DNA from: Malacoraja senta
Lineage: Eukaryota
Reading direction: 5' to 3'
DNA: 64,000 nucleotides
Assembly: GCA_038087875.1 (NCBI GenBank)
Contig: CM075990.1
Span: 7,504,001-7,568,000 of the forward strand
The notes under the pieces are model-generated. The model was not told the origin of the DNA. It saw only the letters and a program-made list of their open reading frames with translations, and did no database searches. Within the stretch, counting starts at the first letter, position 1; each line of letters begins with the position of its first letter. The translations under genes and the position numbers were made by a program. Shown here piece after piece: positions 59,116-64,000 of this stretch.

Positions 59116-61260
59116 TTTAATTTTTTAATTTTTTATATTTATTTATTAGAAGTACATTTCATTACAACCAATTACACTAGTACTCATCACATATATCTTA
59201 TTACAATTAATGTACTCCGTTTATTTTCTACACTAATAAAGGGAAAGGATGAGATTGAGAGAAAGAAGAAAGTGAAGGAAAAAAGTGAAGGTGTAAAAAA
59301 CGTGACAACAAAAAACAAAAACAAAAGACAAAGTCCCTATAAAAAAGAAATTAAAAACAAAAGGAAAGAATTAAGAAATAGACCCTAAAAAAGAAGAAAA
59401 AAGAGAAAGAGGGAAAAGAGAAAAACAAATACTTTTTTGTAAGCATCACGCAAATGGGACATGCCAACTCTCCAGCTTTCATCCCCCCTTACCTGACCTC
59501 AGTTTAATATACTTGTAATAATTATATAAATGCAGACCACGTCAGGTGGAAGTGATCTGGTTTACCTGCCAGGAGGAGTTATCTCTTCTAGGTGTAATGT
59601 TTCGAACATATTTGAAATCCACATGTTTATAGTTGGTATTGAAGCGTTTTTCCAGAATTTTAGGATTAACTTTTTTCCAGTTATTAACCCATAAATTTAT
59701 TAATTTCTTTTGGAACACATTTAGTTCTGGACTATCTTCCGTTTTCTGAAGATAATCCATTCTGCTTTGGGTATCAGTTTAATTTTAAATAATTTTGTAA
59801 AGATTTCAAAAATTTCAATCCAAAATTTTTGAATTTTTGTACAGAAAACAAATGAGTGTGCTGTAGTAGCTTCTTGAGATTGACATTTATCACAAATTGA
59901 TGATACATTTGGGAACATTTTATTGATTTTAGTTTTAGAATAATATAATCTATGTAAAATTTTAAATTGTATTAAAGTGTGTCTTACATTAATCGAACAT
60001 TTAGGCATGTTTAATAAATGTTCATTCCACCTTTCCTTTGAGATTTTAATAGCTAATTCTTGTTCCCAGTCTCTTCTAATACCTTCCGTAGATGGTATTT
60101 CTACATTTAAAATAATATTATACAAATATGATATTAAGTTTGCTGATTCAGCTTTTATCTGCATTGCCTTCATCCAATACATCTGTTGCGGTATTATGAT
60201 GATCTTTTGTATATTTTTTTCAAATAGTCACATATTTGAAAATATTTAAAATATTGATTATTTCCGAGTTTGTATTTTATTTGTAATTGTTGGAATGATA
60301 GTAATTTTCCAGTTTCGTACAAGTCACCGAACGTTTTAATTCCTAGTCTATCCCATTGTATGAAAGATTTGTCTGTAATAGAGGGATTAAATGAAGGGTT
60401 ATTAATTATGGGAGATAAAAGCGATAAATTTCTTAATTTTAAATTTTGTTTTATTTGTTTCCAAGTTCTGATTGTGCTATGTATAATTGGGTTTTTGTTA
60501 TAATTTATGTTATTCAGTTTCATTGGTGAGAGAAGGATCGCTCCAATGTTTCCAGAGGAGCAGTCCTCTCTCTCCATTACAATCCAGTCCACTTGCTGGG
60601 CAGAGTTGTCCATCAGTTGAATCATATTTTTAATATTTACTGACCAATAATAATACATGAAGTTAGGGAGTGCTAAGCCCCCTAATACTTTAGCTTTGTT
60701 CAAGTGTGTTCTTTGTATTCTATGTGATTTATAGTCCCATATAAAATTCGTAATGTCTGAATCCAATTTTGTTTTAAACTTCTTTGGTAGGTATATAGGA
60801 ATCGATTGAAATAGGTATAAAATTTGTGGTAAGAAGATCATTTTTATTGCATTTATTCGGCCTATTAAAGACATCAGGAGCGTTTTGCAAAATTTAATTA
60901 GTGTATTTAATTTATTAAGTAAAGGATCAAAATTTGCTTTAAACATGCCTTGATATGTTCTAGTGATTCGATTCCCAAGTATTTAAATTTTTCTGTAGCT
61001 ATTTTAAAAGGGAATTTTAAAAGATGTGTTGAGTCTTTCGGTTTTATTGACATAATTTCACTTTTATTCCAATTTATTCTATATCCAGAAAAGGATCCAA
61101 AATCCTCAATTAAGTTTAATATATTTGGTATAGTAATTTGAGGTTTTGTAATGTACAATAATATATCATCCGCGTATAAAGATATTTTATTATTTGAATA
61201 TTTAGTATTATACCCATGGATATCTGGTTGTGTTCTAATTTTTTCTGCTCACGGTTCAAT
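59116..61260 (-). mobile_element. 5'-truncated L1-clade LINE, ORF2 pseudogene (RT C-half to zinc finger, 3'UTR)
   Basis: KISLYADDILLY, FSGYRINWNKSE, KYLGI, GRINAIKM, GGLALPNF, QFKILHRLY, CDKC..H...C; frameshifts; TSD AATGAATATCTA at 59104-59115 and 61269-61280. Confidence 0.93.
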
Positions 61261-61624
61261 TATAAATGAATGAATATCTAGCTGCATGGATATATATACA
61301 TGCTGAGACTCAATGCCTTCATGAGGGCATTATATTTGCCAGTCAGTTTCCTGGAAATGATCAAGGATCATGGATCAAATCATTAGATTACAAAGCAAGC
61401 TCCCAGGGGCTTTTAATGGGAATTTGTATGGCTATTCAGCAGATGTCAGTGTGCATGTTAATCCTGCCCCATGTTCCTTAGTCAGCATTAGCAACATAAA
61501 CAGGTTTCAGCTCTTTGAGTCAATGTAAACTGGAAAAGACTTGCTGTCATGTGCTGGACTTACAAGGATGTGATACTGAGTCTGGTGCTGTCCGGAGAAG
61601 TGCTCTAACCAAAGAATCTATGAT

Positions 61625-61793
61625 GTTTAGGAAGGAACAGCAGATGCTGATTTAAACCGAATATAGACACAAAATGCTGGAGTAAATCAGCGGGACAGGC
61701 AGCATCTCTGGACAGAAGGAATGGGTAACATTTAGGATCGAGACCTTTCTTCAGATTTAATGGGCGATGTTTCGGGTCGAGACCTTTCTTCAG
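61625..61793 (-). mobile_element. PLE terminal repeat with tandemly duplicated ribozyme segment
   Basis: Two successive TCGAGACCTTTCTTCAG segments; flanks AGAATCTA(T/A)GATG. Confidence 0.75.
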
Positions 61794-62509
61794 AATCTAA
61801 GATGCTTTGTACTGTGCTAGAGGATAAAGATCTGTAAAAAACTTATTTTTTACAGTTATAAGGAGATTAATAGTTTATAAGCACTCTAAAAGTCCAAAAT
61901 TATATTGAGTAACACTAATTAATGTTTAATCCTCAATAAATATGCTGAGAAATTTATGGGCCAACATATTGTGAATGTAGAACAAGGAACTGCAGATACT
62001 GGTTTACAAAAAAAAGACACAAAGTGCTGGAGTAACTCAAGCAGCATCACATGAGAACATGGATAGGGGCACTTTGGATTGGGACACTTCCTGACCAGAA
62101 CTGGCCTCCTCCTGCACCTATTGTCTATTGTCTATTGTCCATTGTCCATGTTCTCCAGAGATGCTTCCTGACCCGCTGAGTTACTCCAGTACTCTGTATC
62201 TTTTATTTGTATCCTTGGATGTTATTCCATTGACCGGTCAGAAATTCTGTAATAGGGTTACTGTGTGAAGGACACCATGTGAAATATACCAAATATCCAA
62301 TCCCTCATGTGTCCAATGCCCCAGAATGGCTGATTTCACGACACTCATTTCCTCGTCTGTACTAGTTCCCTGTATCCCTTTAATTCAGGAGGCATGTGGA
62401 GTAATTGGAGAGCATGCAGAAACTATTTGCCTGGATGCTGCCTGAATTAGAGGATATTCACTATGAGAGTTTGAACGAACTTGGATTGGTTTCTTTGGAG
62501 ATGGAAGGT

Positions 62510-62835
62510 CCATGTCCATTGCAATGTCCCATTGTGCAGTTGAAGATGATGCCAAGTTAAACTAGTCCTGTATACCTGCACATAATCCATCATAAGCTCA
62601 AACACCATGCTCATATCTACCTCCACCACCTCCCCTGGCAGCATTCCAGACTTTGTGTATAAACAGTAGCCCACACATCTCCTTGAACCATTCTCCCTCT
62701 GATCTTAAAACTCTGCCCTCCGGTCTTTGATATTTCCACACTGGGAAAAAGGTTCTGACTGTCTACACTATCTATGCCTCTCATAATTTTATAAACTAAT
62801 ATCAGGTCTCCCCTCAATCTCCAATGCTGAAAGAA
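62510..62835 (-). mobile_element. CR1 3' fragment
   Basis: RGDLILVYKIMRGID...LFP. Confidence 0.8.
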
Positions 62836-63037
62836 AGTACATTTTTAAGCTAGTCCTTTATCAAAAAATAAGTCCTACATTACTGGGCCAATGAAACACA
62901 TGTTTTGTTGAAGACAGAGACAAAGTGCTGGAGTATCTTGGTGTACACCCATGTTTTGTCTTCCCATTTGCCACCGTCTCATGTGTAATACCTCAGGGTG
63001 GAAGAATGCAAACTTACAATCAAATTGTTCACATCAA

Positions 63038-63295
63038 GGGCAGCACGGTGGCACAGCGGTAGAGCTGCTACCTTACAGCACCAGAAACCCGGGTTCAATC
63101 CTGACTATGGGTGCCTTCTGTGTAGAGTTTGCACGTTCTCCCTGTGACCGTGTGTTATCTCTGGGTGCTCCGGTTTCCTCCCGCATCCACAGACGTCCAG
63201 GTTTGTGGGTTAATTAGCGTCTGTAAATTGTCCCTAGTGTGGAGGATAGTGCGAGAGTATGGGGATCGCTGGTTGGCACGGACTCGGTGGGCTAT
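63038..63295 (+). mobile_element. HE1-like SINE
   Basis: A/B boxes, V-domain. Confidence 0.9.
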
Positions 63296-63649
63296 GTTAA
63301 CTCACTTAACGTGTATATGTGTGTATATACACGTTATATTTATCTAACTTAACTCACTTAACGTAAATATATATATATGTTAAATCTATATATATATACA
63401 TTGTGAATTAACAGATAAATAAATATATATATATATGTGTACGTATATATGATGTATATGTATGTATATGTGAGTATGCATGTATTTTCGCTCAACTTTT
63501 TTCCCTTGTTTGTTAAATTGGTTACAGTGTACTATGTTTACATTTTCTGTTGTGCTGCTGCAAGTAAGAATTTGTATATATATTTATCTAACTTAACTCA
63601 CATATATATATCAAATGATAGGTGATGTTTTGGGTTGGAACCCTTCTAC

Positions 63650-63980
63650 GTGTGGCTGTGTGTGTGTGTGCGTGCTCACGTCTATGGGAGTGTGTGTGCA
63701 CGCTCGCGACTGTGGGTGTGTGTGTGTGTTTGTAAATGTGCATGTGTGCAAGTGTGTGTGTGTGTGTTTGTGTATATGTGCGTATGTGTGCATGCGTGTA
63801 TGCTTGCGTCTGGATGTGTGTGCGCGTGTGTTTTTGTGTGTGTGCGCCCTCGCGTCTGTGGGTGTGTGCTTGTGTGCGTGTGTGTGCCCATGTGTGAGTG
63901 CACTCGTGTCTGCGGATGTGTGTGTCTATGCTCGCGTGTGTGCATGTGTGTGTGCGATCGTTCGTTTGCTCGTGTGTCAG
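63650..63980. repeat. Imperfect (TG)n low-complexity tract (preceded by an AT-rich tract 63300-63612)
   Basis: Alternating purine-pyrimidine repeats. Confidence 0.92.
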
Positions 63981-64000
63981 ACAGCACAGAGCTCGCTGTT

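Noticed and set aside
62425..62835. Twin-priming inversion of one CR1
   Set aside because: The tail lies at the internal junction, which fits two independent insertions better
63437..63987. His/Thr-rich and Tyr/Met-rich ORFs
   Set aside because: Translations of (TG)n/(TA)n low-complexity DNA

Overview
Eukaryotic, non-coding, heavily repeat-derived DNA from a cartilaginous fish (inferred: a skate or ray). The inference rests on HE1-type tRNA/V-domain SINEs and HER1-type CR1 LINE tails. I found no host protein-coding exon, tRNA, rRNA or CRISPR. The window is a nested collection of old insertions: about 27 HE1-like SINEs; many 5'-truncated CR1 and Rex1/Babar LINE ends; one 2.1-kb L1-clade fragment with a TSD; two Tx1 fragments; L2 and DeuSINE relics; one solo LTR; and four PIF/Harbinger-type MITEs. 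It also holds roughly 30 copies of a Penelope-like element (PLE) terminal repeat carrying a minimal hammerhead-ribozyme core, micro/minisatellites, and two 200-N gaps. Most notable: (i) the ~130-bp hammerhead-bearing PLE repeat inserts as a stand-alone unit with its own TSDs, often as a fold-back dimer; (ii) a ~370-bp inverted-repeat element has inward-facing telomeric repeats in both arms; (iii) a GC-rich, non-tRNA SINE-like family has a covarying 3' hairpin and a Rex1-type tail; (iv) short segments copied from sequence 0.2-3 kb away recur, suggesting templated repair insertions. Family names come from recognising motifs by eye, not from database searches. Coordinates of degenerate elements are approximate.
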